64,000 nt of DNA. It comes from an uncultured Chloroflexia bacterium (GTDB taxonomy: Bacteria > Chloroflexota > Limnocylindria > QHBO01). The position numbers were made by a program, and so were the translations under genes. Below the pieces are notes generated by a model. That model was not told the origin of the DNA. It made no database searches and saw only the letters and a list, made by a program, of their open reading frames with translations. Below, piece after piece: positions 1-9,882 of this stretch (position 1 is the stretch's first letter; each line of letters begins with the position of its first letter). Where the stretch lies: positions 1,344,001 through 1,408,000 of the forward strand of contig CAWGTN010000002.1 of NCBI GenBank assembly GCA_963825525.1. Direction: 5' to 3'.

Positions 1-1094
1 TCAAGGTCGTCGGGCTGCACGTGGTCGAAGAGACGGAATTCGGTGTGCGCCTCGAGGCGCCCGTTCGCGTCGAGCGCAGCCGCCAGGGCACGTGACTCGA
101 CGAACGGCACGTGGTGATCCTCGGTCTCGTGCATGAGGTGGACATCGGCACGAATCGGGGCAAGATGGCGCAGCGGCGAGATGGCATCGATGAACGACAG
201 CGAGTCGGGCGGAAGCTGGCGGATCGATCGGTCGGCTCGGTCGAGCGATTCGGCGGTGAGAATGTCGTGAACGATCCGACCCGCGCGACTCGCCAGGTCC
301 GACCGCAATGCCGGGTCCGCCGTCGGGCGATCGCCCGACAGCACCGCATCGCCGAACGCACGGTCGAGCTGCCGACGGTCGTCACGGTCGGAGACCTGGT
401 CGAGCATGAACCGCAGGTAGACCTCACGCGCCAGCGGGGTGGGGGTCCACGGTATCGGCGTTCCGTCGGGGTTCCGGTAGGCATGAGCCGATACCGACGC
501 GAGGTACGACGCCGCGTCGGCGAACGCCCCGAACGCGTTCACCCAGCCGACCTGCTCCGCAATCCTCGGATCACCGGCCGCCAGCAGGGCCAGCGACCCG
601 CCGACGCTGAAGCCGACGATCCCGAGCCGCGATCGGTCGACCTCGGGTCGAGCGGCCAGGAGCTGAAAGGCACGGACCACGCCGTCGACCTCACCGACCT
701 CGAGCCGTCCCTCGAGCAGCGTCTGCGAGTCCGGCACCAGGACGGCCACGCCGGTGCGGGCCAGGCCATCGGCCACTCGCTCGATCGCCGGATGGTTGCG
801 ACCCAGGTTGTTGACCCCGAATACGAGCAACATGGCACCGGCCGGTCGCTCCGCGGACGCCCAGGCGGGGAGCCACAGCTCCGCCAGGTCCGGCTCGCCG
901 CCTGGCTCGGTGGCGCGGTACGGCACGCTGGACCGGACGGGTGTCTCACTGAACAGGTTGAGCGGCTTTGGGCCGGCGTCGAGCAGGTTCGGCAGCAGGA
1001 CGGCGGTCTGGATCCCGACCCGCGTCGGCTCCCATGCCACCGCCAGCAGGGCGACGACCAGTACCCCGATCCCGATCCGCCGCGCGCGTCGCAT
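1..1094 (-). CDS. Alpha/beta-hydrolase fold protein with N-terminal membrane anchor (runs off window edge)
   Basis: Manual translation from ATG 1094: MRRARRIGIGVLVVALLAVAW...GIVGFSVGG (G-x-S-x-G nucleophile motif)...DHHVP; not in ORF track because no stop lies in the window. Confidence 0.75.
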   Translation of the reverse strand, partial: MRRARRIGIGVLVVALLAVAWEPTRVGIQTAVLLPNLLDAGPKPLNLFSETPVRSSVPYRATEPGGEPDLAELWLPAWASAERPAGAMLLVFGVNNLGRNHPAIERVADGLARTGVAVLVPDSQTLLEGRLEVGEVDGVVRAFQLLAARPEVDRSRLGIVGFSVGGSLALLAAGDPRIAEQVGWVNAFGAFADAASYLASVSAHAYRNPDGTPIPWTPTPLAREVYLRFMLDQVSDRDDRRQLDRAFGDAVLSGDRPTADPALRSDLASRAGRIVHDILTAESLDRADRSIRQLPPDSLSFIDAISPLRHLAPIRADVHLMHETEDHHVPFVESRALAAALDANGRLEAHTEFRLFDHVQPDDL

Positions 1095-1129
1095 CCGCCC
1101 ATCCTACGCAGCGGCCGCGATTGGACCGC

Positions 1130-2149
1130 CTAGCGCGAGGCAGAACCCTTCTCTGCGGCTCGTCGTGCCACGTCGTGCTCGACCTGGAGGCGCAGCCGAT
1201 ACAGGACGTTCCACTCCTCGGTGTTCAGGCTCGCGACATCGATCTCGTCCTGCACCTCGTCGAGCTGCGTGCGAAGCCCGTCGAGGTCGCCGTTCGCCGA
1301 TCGGTGCAGCTCCTGGAGCCGATCCTCGAAGGCCTGTGCCTCCTCGTTCCAGGTCAGGTAGGTCGGCTGGAAGGCGAGCTCCCGCGCGAGCGCGGCCCGC
1401 ACCCGGTACGCATCCTCCTTGGGGCCCAGGATCGAGATGTTGGTTGCGTAGGCCAGGATCTCGAGCTCGGCGACCCGCAGGAACATCGGCCTGCCGCGCA
1501 CCGCGGCACCCAGGAGATGCTCGGAGGCGAATCCCATGGTGCGCAGCGGCCACGAGCGCGGCCCACGCGCCTCCACGGCCGAGACCTCGTCAAGGCCGAT
1601 CGTGGCGAGGGCGTCCCGCAGCGCCTCGACCAGATCGTCGTCATCGCTGCCGTCATGCATGACCAGCGGAACCTGGACGAGCTTGCGCTTGCGACGCCAG
1701 CGCTGGAACAGCAGGATCGGCGTGAAGACGACCATCTGGAGCACCGATGCGCCGAGCATGGCCGTGGCCGGGTAGCTCATCGGCAGCATCCGCGCCCAGG
1801 CGCCGAACGAGCGATCGTCGTGGAAATGCGCGTACACGGTCGCCGCTGCCACCGCGGGCGGTGTGAGGAAGATGGCCGCCACGAGGCCGATGTAGTGGAT
1901 GGCCTCGACATCGAAGTTCTCACCGATGACGCCGGTTGCCTCGAGGATCGCCCCGGTGAAGATCGGCACGGCAAAGCCGATGATGACGACAACCCATCCG
2001 GCAGCCAGCAGGCTGACGACTGACAGGATGCGACCCTGCCGGCCGGGAACCTGGCCAAAGTAGATTGACGTCGCCCAGCCGAGGGCGAACGACGCCGATT
2101 TGCTCAGCGCCTGCCAGGCGAGGAGGAGGACGAATGGAAGGAACGGCAC
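1130..2149 (-). CDS. Hypothetical membrane protein
   Basis: 339-aa ORF, several hydrophobic N-terminal helices, soluble C-terminus. Confidence 0.7.
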   Translation of the reverse strand: MPFLPFVLLLAWQALSKSASFALGWATSIYFGQVPGRQGRILSVVSLLAAGWVVVIIGFAVPIFTGAILEATGVIGENFDVEAIHYIGLVAAIFLTPPAVAAATVYAHFHDDRSFGAWARMLPMSYPATAMLGASVLQMVVFTPILLFQRWRRKRKLVQVPLVMHDGSDDDDLVEALRDALATIGLDEVSAVEARGPRSWPLRTMGFASEHLLGAAVRGRPMFLRVAELEILAYATNISILGPKEDAYRVRAALARELAFQPTYLTWNEEAQAFEDRLQELHRSANGDLDGLRTQLDEVQDEIDVASLNTEEWNVLYRLRLQVEHDVARRAAEKGSASR

Positions 2150-2182
2150 GACCGCTCACCAAGCAATCGGCGTGCCCGCGCG

Positions 2183-2626
2183 TCAGTCGATGCTGAGTGG
2201 CCGGACCGTCATGACGTCCGAGACGCGACCCTCCCATTCCTCCCGGGGCGCGTCGCAGAACAGCTCGATCTCGTTGCCGTCGGGATCGACGGTATAGAGG
2301 CTGCGGGTGACGCCATGATCCGCCGTGCCCCGCAGGAGACCGCGCTCAGCGAGCAGGCCGTGTGCCGACCGGATGGCGTCCCAATCCGCGAGCCGGAACG
2401 CCACGTGGTAGAGCCCGATCGCGTTCGGCACAGGCGACGGCGCAGAGTCGCCCACCCGCAGGAGCGCCAGGTCGTGGTGGTTCTCGCCGGTCGCAGTCAG
2501 GAAGATCATGACGTTGCTCATCTCGCTCGACACCTTGAACCCGAGGAAGTCCCGATAGAAGGCGAGCGAGCGATCCAGGTCGCGCACCTTGAGCACGACG
2601 TGACCGATGCCAAGGGGCTGGAGCAT
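2183..2626 (-). CDS. VOC/glyoxalase family protein
   Basis: HVVLKVRDL, YHVAF, DPDGNEIE motifs. Confidence 0.9.
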   Translation of the reverse strand: MLQPLGIGHVVLKVRDLDRSLAFYRDFLGFKVSSEMSNVMIFLTATGENHHDLALLRVGDSAPSPVPNAIGLYHVAFRLADWDAIRSAHGLLAERGLLRGTADHGVTRSLYTVDPDGNEIELFCDAPREEWEGRVSDVMTVRPLSID

Positions 2627-2657
2627 GGAGTGATGCTACTCCACGCGTCGGGTAAGG

Positions 2658-3251
2658 CTAGGGCAGCCCCAGCTTGGCCCGACAGGCAGGCCATGGCGCA
2701 TATCCGCGGGCGGCGTGGAGCCGCTCGGCGACGGCGATCTGCTCCTCGCGCGTGGCCTCGTGCGGATAGGCCGCGTAGGCCGTCCCGCCGTAGTCCTGCC
2801 AGGTGCCGAGGTTGAACTGCAGGCCGCCGTAGTAGCCGTTGCCGGTGTTGATCGCCCAGTTGCCGCCGGACTCGCACTTTGCGAGGTCGTCCCACACGGT
2901 CGAGCCGTTGTACGTCACTACGCGCTGCGGGGGCGGGGGTGGCGAAGGCGGCGCCGGGGTGGCGATCGGTACGATGGTCGCCTCCATCGGGGCAATGACC
3001 GGTGTCGACATCGCGTCCGCCTCGAGCGTCTCCGCGGACTGCCCGCTCGTCGAGATGACGCCCATGGCCAGTGTCCCCTGGCGCCCGGAAAGCGATCCGC
3101 GGTCCACCAGCATCACCGGAGCATCAGCCACCGGGAGCAGTCGCTCGGCCATATCGGCCGGAATCTGCGTCGCCGACCGCGCGGCAACTGGAGCCAGAAT
3201 GACGACACCCGCCATGCTGACCGCGGCCAGAAGGAGGATTCGTCGCGTCAT
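2658..3251 (-). CDS. Resuscitation-promoting factor (Rpf)-like secreted lytic transglycosylase
   Basis: Signal peptide, Pro-rich linker, C-terminal WDDLAKCESGGNWAINTGNGYYGGLQF...WPAC domain. Confidence 0.9.
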   Translation of the reverse strand: MTRRILLLAAVSMAGVVILAPVAARSATQIPADMAERLLPVADAPVMLVDRGSLSGRQGTLAMGVISTSGQSAETLEADAMSTPVIAPMEATIVPIATPAPPSPPPPPQRVVTYNGSTVWDDLAKCESGGNWAINTGNGYYGGLQFNLGTWQDYGGTAYAAYPHEATREEQIAVAERLHAARGYAPWPACRAKLGLP

Positions 3252-3464
3252 TGAAAGGCCCATCATGCGCACACCAACGGCGCCATCGGCGCGGGTCGGG
3301 TGCTGCGGATGAGGTTCGGAGCGACGGCGCGTCGCGGGAAGTCCAGCAATAGAATCCAATCCAATACGTGGTCCGGCCGGCAGGCGCCCTGAGATGCAGG
3401 ACACGTGCCGGCGAGCGGTCACCGTAGCATTCACCGCCAGACATGTCGAGCCAGCGGAGGTCCC

Positions 3465-4286
3465 ATGACGCGCCGAACAAAGCAGCCGGAACGCCGTCGC
3501 GGAGCGGTGGTCGTCCGCGGTTCGGGCAGCGCCGACCGACGGACCGAGGACCAGAAGCTGCTGCGCGCCCGGCAGTCTGCGGTCCATTCTCACGAGGGTG
3601 ATACCTGGCGGACGCTGCGGATCATGGGCGAGTTCGTCGAGGGCTTCGATGCGCTCGCGGAGGTGGGTCCAGCGGTCAGCATCTTCGGTTCGGCCCGCGT
3701 CGGTCGCCGGAATCGCTACTACGGTGCGGCCCGACACCTGGCCGCAGCCCTGGTGAAGGAGGGCTACGCAATCATCACCGGCGGAGGCCCGGGGGTGATG
3801 GAGGCGGCCAATCGCGGAGCCCAGGAGGCGGGCGGGCTCTCGATCGGCTGCAACATCGAGCTGCCCTTCGAACAGGGCCTCAACGAGTACGTCGATCTCG
3901 GGATGGAGTTCCGCTACTTCTTCGTGCGCAAGGTCATGTTCGTGAAGTACGCGGAGGCCTTCGTGATCTTTCCCGGAGGCTTCGGCACGCTCGACGAGCT
4001 GTTCGAGTCGCTGACGCTCATCCAGACGGGCAAGGTCCAGCACTTCCCGGTGGTCCTCTACGGCCGCGACTACTGGACCGGGCTGATCGACTGGATCAAG
4101 GAAAAGCCGCTGTACGAGGAGAAGATCTCGCCGCAGGACCTGGACCTCGTCACCATCACCGACAACGTCGAGGAGGCCTGCGCCGCGATCCTCCGCCACC
4201 GGGGCAAGGGGCGGGAGCGGGAAGAGGCCGGAAGCCGGGAAGCCACCAAGAAGGCCGTCCAGAAGGCCGACGCCGGAGCGCCATGA
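3465..4286 (+). CDS. LOG family (TIGR00730-type) nucleotide phosphoribohydrolase
   Basis: TGGGPGVME and PGGFGTLDE motifs; GGAGG RBS before ATG 3465. Confidence 0.9.
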   Translation: MTRRTKQPERRRGAVVVRGSGSADRRTEDQKLLRARQSAVHSHEGDTWRTLRIMGEFVEGFDALAEVGPAVSIFGSARVGRRNRYYGAARHLAAALVKEGYAIITGGGPGVMEAANRGAQEAGGLSIGCNIELPFEQGLNEYVDLGMEFRYFFVRKVMFVKYAEAFVIFPGGFGTLDELFESLTLIQTGKVQHFPVVLYGRDYWTGLIDWIKEKPLYEEKISPQDLDLVTITDNVEEACAAILRHRGKGREREEAGSREATKKAVQKADAGAP

Positions 4287-4879
4287 CCCGTCGCGCGATC
4301 CAGCTGGTGCTTGCCTGCGTGGTCCTTGGCGTCGGGGTGGCGCTGCTGCTCGACGCCGCGCTCGGCTCGGATGGCTACGCCGCCCTGGTCAACGGCCTGA
4401 GCATCGCGACCGGATCCCCGTTCTGGATCGTGAACATCGTCGTCGGCGTCACCCTGATCGCGGCCGCGTGGCTTCGCGGACGCACGCCTGGCGCAGGCAC
4501 CCTCGTGCAGCCTGTGGTGGTCGGCATCACGGTCTCGCTCGTGGCGCCCCTGCTGCCGATGCCGGCCGATCCGATCGCGCGGTGGGCCGAGCTGGCGCTC
4601 GCATTCGTGCTGTTGTCGGCCGGCGTGGCCGGCTACCTGGCAGCTGAACTCGGCGCCGGACCCTTCGAGGGCGCGGCTCTGGCGTGGGATCCGCCCGTAC
4701 CCTTTCGATGGAGCTACACCGCCGTCCAGGTGGGAGGCGCACTGATCGGATGGCTGCTCGGCGCCGCCATCGGTCCGGGCACGGTCCTGGTGGTTCTGCT
4801 CATTGGCCCGGTGGTGGATTGGTGGCGCCGCGCCGTCTTCGCGCGCGGAGCGCCTCCACCCGACGCCCTCGAGGCTTGA
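4283..4879 (+). CDS. YczE/YitT-like membrane protein
   Basis: Hydrophobic, with LGSD, LGAGP and IGPGT repeated motifs. Confidence 0.7.
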   Translation: MTRRAIQLVLACVVLGVGVALLLDAALGSDGYAALVNGLSIATGSPFWIVNIVVGVTLIAAAWLRGRTPGAGTLVQPVVVGITVSLVAPLLPMPADPIARWAELALAFVLLSAGVAGYLAAELGAGPFEGAALAWDPPVPFRWSYTAVQVGGALIGWLLGAAIGPGTVLVVLLIGPVVDWWRRAVFARGAPPPDALEA

Positions 4880-4942
4880 TGGAGCCGCTACGCGACGGCC
4901 AGCACGGGGCAGCAAGGAACACGAAAGGGTGAATCAGGGAGA

Positions 4943-5019
4943 TGGCGGGCCCGACCGGATTCGAACCGGCGATCTCCAGCGTGACAGGCTGGCATGTTGG
5001 GCCACTACACCACGGGCCC
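4943..5019 (-). tRNA. tRNA-Asp (GTC)
   Basis: GGGCCCG acceptor stem, anticodon loop CTGTCAC, TTCGAAT T-loop, encoded CCA. Confidence 0.97.
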
Positions 5020-5064
5020 GCGGGAGTGACGGTGGCGGAGCATAGCACAGGCCGCGAGGCTGCT

Positions 5065-5500
5065 TCAGGTGGCCGACCCGGACCGCATGTCGCGCATCAG
5101 CGCCACCAGCGCGACGACGTAGGCGAGACTTGCGAGGGCGGCGGCGACCGCGCCCGCACCCGAGGGCCGCGGCCTGGTCGGGCGTCCTCACCAGGCTGGC
5201 CACCGCGGCGGCCGCGGAGCCCAGGAGCGCAACCGCGAGCATGGCGCAAAGCAGGATGCCCGCACTTCGCGCTGCGCGCCAGTCATTCGAGAGTCCGACG
5301 CCGATGACCGCATGGACCACCCCGACCCCGAGCAGCACCATGCCCACCACCGTGACCGCGCCACCGAGCGCCTCGTCATCGATCTCCAGTGGAGGCAGCG
5401 CGGCGCTCAGCGTTCCAATGCCCGCCATCGCGAGACCCAGTGCCGCCACACCGGCCATCGACCACAGCGCCGCGCCGAACAGCAGGATGATCCGCGCCAT
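5065..5500 (-). CDS. Small multi-TM membrane protein (probable frameshift near 5160)
   Basis: Hydrophobic helices; the last helix (AGAVAAALASLAYVVALVALM) continues in another frame to a stop at 5065. Confidence 0.6.
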
Positions 5501-5518
5501 GCGGGCCGGCAGGTCCGG

Positions 5519-6007
5519 CTAGCGCCGCGGTCGCAGGAGGAGAATCGCCGCTGCGCCGAACACGAGCGTGGACACGGTCAGGGCTACCCCCAGCACGGGA
5601 TCGGCCGGCGGATTGGCCATTGCCACCAGCACGCCACCCGCGGACAACGCCGCGGCGACCGCCGACAGGAAGCCCGTGAAACGCCGCGCGCGCGGCGCAT
5701 CGGCAAAGACGGCGATGCCGCCCCCGGTCAGGCCGCCGCCCAGGACGATGAACGCAAGTCCGAGGAGGAGGGGCATCACAATCAGTGAGCCGACGTCAGG
5801 CGGTGCATCCCCGCCATAGCGGGCCCCGATGGTGAGGGCCATGACGACGACCGCGATTCCCGTGATCAGGAGCGCGACGCCGCCCACCACGACGCCCACC
5901 GTGGCGGCGGCGGTTGCCTCGCCCAGGTGTTCCGGGGCCAGCGTGGAGTGGGAGCGGCCCCGCGCTCCGGCGGCGGAGGCGGCGCGTGCAGGTCGTCGAG
6001 TGGTCAT
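5519..6007 (-). CDS. Small multi-TM membrane protein
   Basis: C-terminal 162 aa of the 5519..7039 ORF, about four hydrophobic helices. Confidence 0.65.
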   Translation of the reverse strand: MTTRRPARAASAAGARGRSHSTLAPEHLGEATAAATVGVVVGGVALLITGIAVVVMALTIGARYGGDAPPDVGSLIVMPLLLGLAFIVLGGGLTGGGIAVFADAPRARRFTGFLSAVAAALSAGGVLVAMANPPADPVLGVALTVSTLVFGAAAILLLRPRR

Positions 6008-6070
6008 ACGGCGACGGATTGTACGCGGTGCACCGGATGGCGCGCTCGCCGGCCGTATACTCCGGCGCGG

Positions 6071-7112
6071 ATGCCGTATGAGTTCCCGCAGGACCCGAGC
6101 ACCGCGCGACGCACCCGCCTCACCCGCTGGGTGACGTTCGCGTTCGCCGCGCTGCTCGTCGCATTGGTCGCGTATCTCGGCTACGTGGGATACGAGGGCT
6201 CCCGCCAGCTCGCCGATCCACCCGACCCGTCCAGGGACTGCCGGACACCGGCCGCCCTCGGTTGGTCCTACGAGGCCATCGGCTATGACATCGCCACCGA
6301 CGCGACGCTGCAGAGCGAGCCCGACCCGAAGGAGTGCTCCCGACAGGGCGCCGAGGCCACCGGCGACGTGACCGTCGGCGATGTTCACCTTGCGGGCTGG
6401 TACATCCCGGCAGCCAGCGGCGCCGGCCCGACCGCGCCGACCGTGGTGCTGGCCCATGGCTGGCGCGCGAATAAGAGCACCATGCTCGACCGCGCCGCGC
6501 TCCTCCACGACAACTACAACCTGCTGCTCTTCGACTTCCGCAACCACGGCCAGAGCAGCGACGCACCCACCACGCAGGGTGTGCGCGAGCGCGGCGACCT
6601 GCGGGCAATGCTCGACTGGCTGGAGGCGACGAAGGATCCGGGCGCCATTGCGGTCCTCGGGGTCTCGATGGGCGGCGCAACGGCGATCGCGGAAGCTGGC
6701 AGCGACGACAGGGTCGATGCCGTCATCGCCGAATCGACGCACGCATCGCTTGCCCATGCGGCCCAGGCCCGCCTCGAGGTGAGCGGGTACCCGCTCTCCC
6801 TTCCCGGCAGTTGGTCCATCCTCCTCGGCACCCTCGTGCGAACCGGCGTGGACGTATCGCTGGTGGACCCCGCCCAGACGATCGCACGGCCTGGACGAAC
6901 GGCCCGTCCTCATCATCACGGGGGGCGAGGACAACTCGATCGGGCCTGACGATCCGGAGACGATGCGCGCGGCGGCGGAAGAGGCGGGTTCGCCCGTGGA
7001 GCTCGAGGTATGCGCCGATGCCGGGCACGCGGAGGCCAATGAGACCTGCCCGGAGGACTACCTCGGGTGGGTGCTAGGCTTCCTCGGTCGCGCCATGGCA
7101 CCGTCCAGCTGA
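6071..7112 (+). CDS. Membrane-anchored alpha/beta hydrolase (frameshift near 6890)
   Basis: HGW, GVSMGG motifs; C-terminal GGED...AGH lies in a shifted frame ending at TGA 7112. Confidence 0.8.
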
Positions 7113-7163
7113 TGCGCGCGCGAACCCCCCGTTGACCGATCCCCGCCGGCGGCGGGGAGATTC

Positions 7164-8816
7164 ATGAGAGGTATGGAGTCAATGACCGTCGTCCCAACCG
7201 ACGTCGACGCGCGCTTCGATCGCACGATCGATCGCTGGTTCCGAGACCAGCTCGCGATGCGACCCGAGACGGCGACATTCATGGGCATCCACGACCACGA
7301 CGGCGCCCTGTCCTCCGGCTCCCGCGATGCCATCGAGGAGGAGGTCGCCTTCCATCGGCGCGCGATTGACGAGCTTTCGGTTCTCGACCCCGCCGAGCTG
7401 AGTCCGGACCGCGGCCTCGATCGGGATCTCGCCATTCACCAGGCGCGACTCGCCATCCACTGGCAGACCGAATACCGCCCGTGGGCCGGCGCGTCCGGCG
7501 GAGCCGAGCACATCGGTGAAGCGCTGTTCCCGCTCTTCACCCGCAACTTCGCGGCACTCGACGAGCGGCTCGAGCGCATTGCCGAGCGCCTTGAGGCGGC
7601 ACCACGCTACCTGGACGAGGTTCGCGAGCGGGTCACCGCCCCGGTTCGGCTGTGGACGGAGATCGACATCGAGTCGACCGAGCATCTGCCGAGCTTCCTC
7701 GACACCATCCTGGCCGCCGCCCGTGCCGAATCGGCGGATGGGAGGCTCGTCGAACGCCTCAGTCGGGCTGCGCAGGACACCAAATCAGCCCTGGACGATC
7801 ATCTCGTCTGGCTCCGGTCCGACGTCCTTCCGCGGGCGGAGGCGGATTGGAAAGCCGGACCCGAGGGCTTCGAGGAGATGATCCGGCTCCGCGAGCTCGA
7901 GGCGAACGGCGACGAGATCCTGGCGGTCGGCGAGGAGCTCCTCGCGTCCGAGAAGCAGGCGCGCGACGCGCTCGGTCCGCAGATCGCTCCGGGAGCCAGC
8001 GCGTCCGAGGTCGCCGATGTCGTCAAGGACGACCACGCGGCCACGTTCGCCGAGGCACTGGGCGAGTACCGGAGCTCGATGGATCGCGCCCGCGCATTCG
8101 TCGTCGAGCACGGGATCGCCACGCCGCCGGACGAGGACCACCTCAACGTGATCGAGACGCCGTCGTTCGTCCGTCACCTCATCCCGTTCGCCGCCTACTA
8201 CGAACCGGCGAAGTTCGACGAGACACCGGTCGGCACGTACATCGTCACCCCGGCCGCCTCGCCCGAGATGATGCGCGAGCACAACCGGGCCTCGATCAGC
8301 AACACCTCGGTCCACGAGGCGTACCCGGGCCATCATCTGCAGCTCAGCGCCGCGATCACCAACCCCAGCCTGGTCCGCCTGTTCTCGGGCGCGCCGGAGT
8401 TCAGCGAGGGCTGGGCGTTCTACTGCGAGCGGATGATGAAGGAGGCGGGCTTCGACGACACGCCGACGGGTTGGTACATCGTCCACACCGACGCCATCTG
8501 GCGCGCGGTCCGCATCATCCTGGACGTCCAGCTCCATCGCGGGCTGATCAGCGTCGAGGATGCAGTCGAGCGCATGGTGGCCGAAACCGGCTTCGAGCGG
8601 CCGGCCGCACTGGCCGAGGTCAAGCGCTACACGTCATCCCCCACGTATCAGCTCTCCTACCTCTTCGGCCGTCACATGATCCAGAAGCTCAAGGCCGAGG
8701 TGGAGGCACGCGAAGGCGCCGATTTCGACATCCGTCGCTTCCACGACACCCTCATCTACGGGGGAACGATGCCGGTGAGCTATGCACGCCGGCTCTTCGA
8801 GCGCCCGGGCCGATGA
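7164..8816 (+). CDS. DUF885 family protein (metallopeptidase-like)
   Basis: HEAYPGHHLQ and EGWAFYCE motifs. Confidence 0.9.
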   Translation: MRGMESMTVVPTDVDARFDRTIDRWFRDQLAMRPETATFMGIHDHDGALSSGSRDAIEEEVAFHRRAIDELSVLDPAELSPDRGLDRDLAIHQARLAIHWQTEYRPWAGASGGAEHIGEALFPLFTRNFAALDERLERIAERLEAAPRYLDEVRERVTAPVRLWTEIDIESTEHLPSFLDTILAAARAESADGRLVERLSRAAQDTKSALDDHLVWLRSDVLPRAEADWKAGPEGFEEMIRLRELEANGDEILAVGEELLASEKQARDALGPQIAPGASASEVADVVKDDHAATFAEALGEYRSSMDRARAFVVEHGIATPPDEDHLNVIETPSFVRHLIPFAAYYEPAKFDETPVGTYIVTPAASPEMMREHNRASISNTSVHEAYPGHHLQLSAAITNPSLVRLFSGAPEFSEGWAFYCERMMKEAGFDDTPTGWYIVHTDAIWRAVRIILDVQLHRGLISVEDAVERMVAETGFERPAALAEVKRYTSSPTYQLSYLFGRHMIQKLKAEVEAREGADFDIRRFHDTLIYGGTMPVSYARRLFERPGR

Positions 8817-9478
8817 CACGTGGGCTGCTGGTGGCCGCTGCGGCCCTCCTGCTCGCCGGCTGCGGCCAGGAACCGACGCCCGCGCCGCCGGCCTGCCCAA
8901 CCGAGCCGCCAACGACGGTCTCGGCGCAGGCGACGCTCGAGGGAGCCTCGTTTGCCATCGTCACCATTGGCGGAGCGGTCGAGGGCGAGTTCACGATCGC
9001 GCTGAACGGCTCGGCGGCGCCTACCGCGACGGCGAACTTCGTGGCGCTGGCCCGCTGCGGGTTCTACGACCAGGTCAAGTTCCACCGCGTCCTGGCCGGA
9101 TTCGTCATCCAGGCCGGCGACCCGAACACGAAGGCGTACGACGGTGACTTCAGCGGCATCGGTCGCGAGGGTGCCGGCTACCGGTACGAGATCGAGCCTC
9201 CGGCCGATGAGCTGGGTTACGACCGCTACTCGGTGGCCATGGCGAACGACACGCGAACGAACGACAGCCAGTTCTTCGTGTCGCTCGACGATCTCAACGG
9301 ACGCCTCGCCCGCACGTACACGATCTTCGGCATGGTGGTTGGCGGCACGGACGTCATCGACGCCATCGGAGCCGTTCCGGTGATGGATCCGCGGGTCGGC
9401 ATCCCGGCCACGCCGGTCTGGATCGAATCGATCCTGATCTCGGATGAGGGCGGTCCAGTGGCATCTCCGGGGTCCTGA
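8813..9478 (+). CDS. Cyclophilin-type peptidyl-prolyl isomerase, lipoprotein
   Basis: Lipobox LLAGC; FHRVLAGFVIQAGDP, SQFF, YTIFG. Confidence 0.9.
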   Translation: MTRGLLVAAAALLLAGCGQEPTPAPPACPTEPPTTVSAQATLEGASFAIVTIGGAVEGEFTIALNGSAAPTATANFVALARCGFYDQVKFHRVLAGFVIQAGDPNTKAYDGDFSGIGREGAGYRYEIEPPADELGYDRYSVAMANDTRTNDSQFFVSLDDLNGRLARTYTIFGMVVGGTDVIDAIGAVPVMDPRVGIPATPVWIESILISDEGGPVASPGS

Positions 9479-9499
9479 GAACGCCGAGACGCTTTGCTT

Positions 9500-9556
9500 T
9501 GTAAAGGAATCTCAACCTCTACAAGCCTTGTCTAAAGAGAACAGGCGATCTATCCT
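9500..9556 (+). promoter_or_regulatory. Sigma-70-like promoter with upstream inverted repeat
   Basis: TTGTCT(9528)-17 nt-TATCCT(9551); TGTAAAGG-N8-CCTCTACA at 9500-9523. Confidence 0.55.
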
Positions 9557-9562
9557 CAGGAT

Positions 9563-9710
9563 GCTGTTCGCACAGCGATTCACCACTGGTTGCAAGGCCA
9601 TGGGTAGGTTAGGGTTAGGGTAGTGCGGGAAACCGTGCGTGAAAGATGCCCTTGCGATTAGCGAATCCGGCAGCAATGAAGGCCCCCGCTTCGGCGGGGG
9701 CCTTCGTCTA
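9563..9710 (+). ncRNA. Candidate structured non-coding RNA, family unrecognised
   Basis: Hairpins GCTGT-TCGC-ACAGC, TGGTT-GCAA-GGCCA, GTGCGG-GAAA-CCGTGC inside AGGGTA/TGCCCT, GATT-AGCG-AATC; bounded by promoter and terminator. Confidence 0.6.
9678..9710 (+). terminator. Intrinsic terminator-like hairpin
   Basis: GAAGGCCCCCGC-TTCG-GCGGGGGCCTTC perfect 12-bp stem; weak T tail. Confidence 0.75.
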
Positions 9711-9787
9711 TCCGGCTCGGGTCGTGACGAGCATCGGAACCCCATGTACCATGCCCTCGGCCCCATCGGGGCCAGCCCATTGATCGC

Positions 9788-9863
9788 GCGCCGGTAGCTC
9801 AGTGGATAGAGCGTCGGCCTCCGGAGCCGAAGGTCGCAGGTTCGAATCCTGTCCGGCGCGCCA
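9788..9863 (+). tRNA. tRNA-Arg (CCG)
   Basis: GCGCCGG acceptor stem, TCGGC-CTCCGGA-GCCGA anticodon arm, TTCGAAT, CCA. Confidence 0.97.
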
Positions 9864-9882
9864 GACCCTCCCCGCACGTCCG

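Noticed and set aside
111-2023. Long plus-strand ORFs (111..1133, 754..1662, 968..2023) and similar antisense ORFs throughout
   Set aside because: Shadow frames typical of high-GC DNA, opposite recognisable genes, Arg/Pro-rich and without motifs.
3252-3464. c-di-AMP (ydaO) riboswitch upstream of the Rpf gene
   Set aside because: Expected by analogy with actinobacterial rpfA, but I could not find the conserved elements on the minus strand.
9605-9625. TTAGGG copies as telomere or eukaryotic contamination
   Set aside because: Only two copies, embedded in a structured element within continuous bacterial sequence.
4943-9863. tRNA-anchored prophage or genomic island
   Set aside because: No integrase, no duplicated tRNA 3' end and no phage genes seen.
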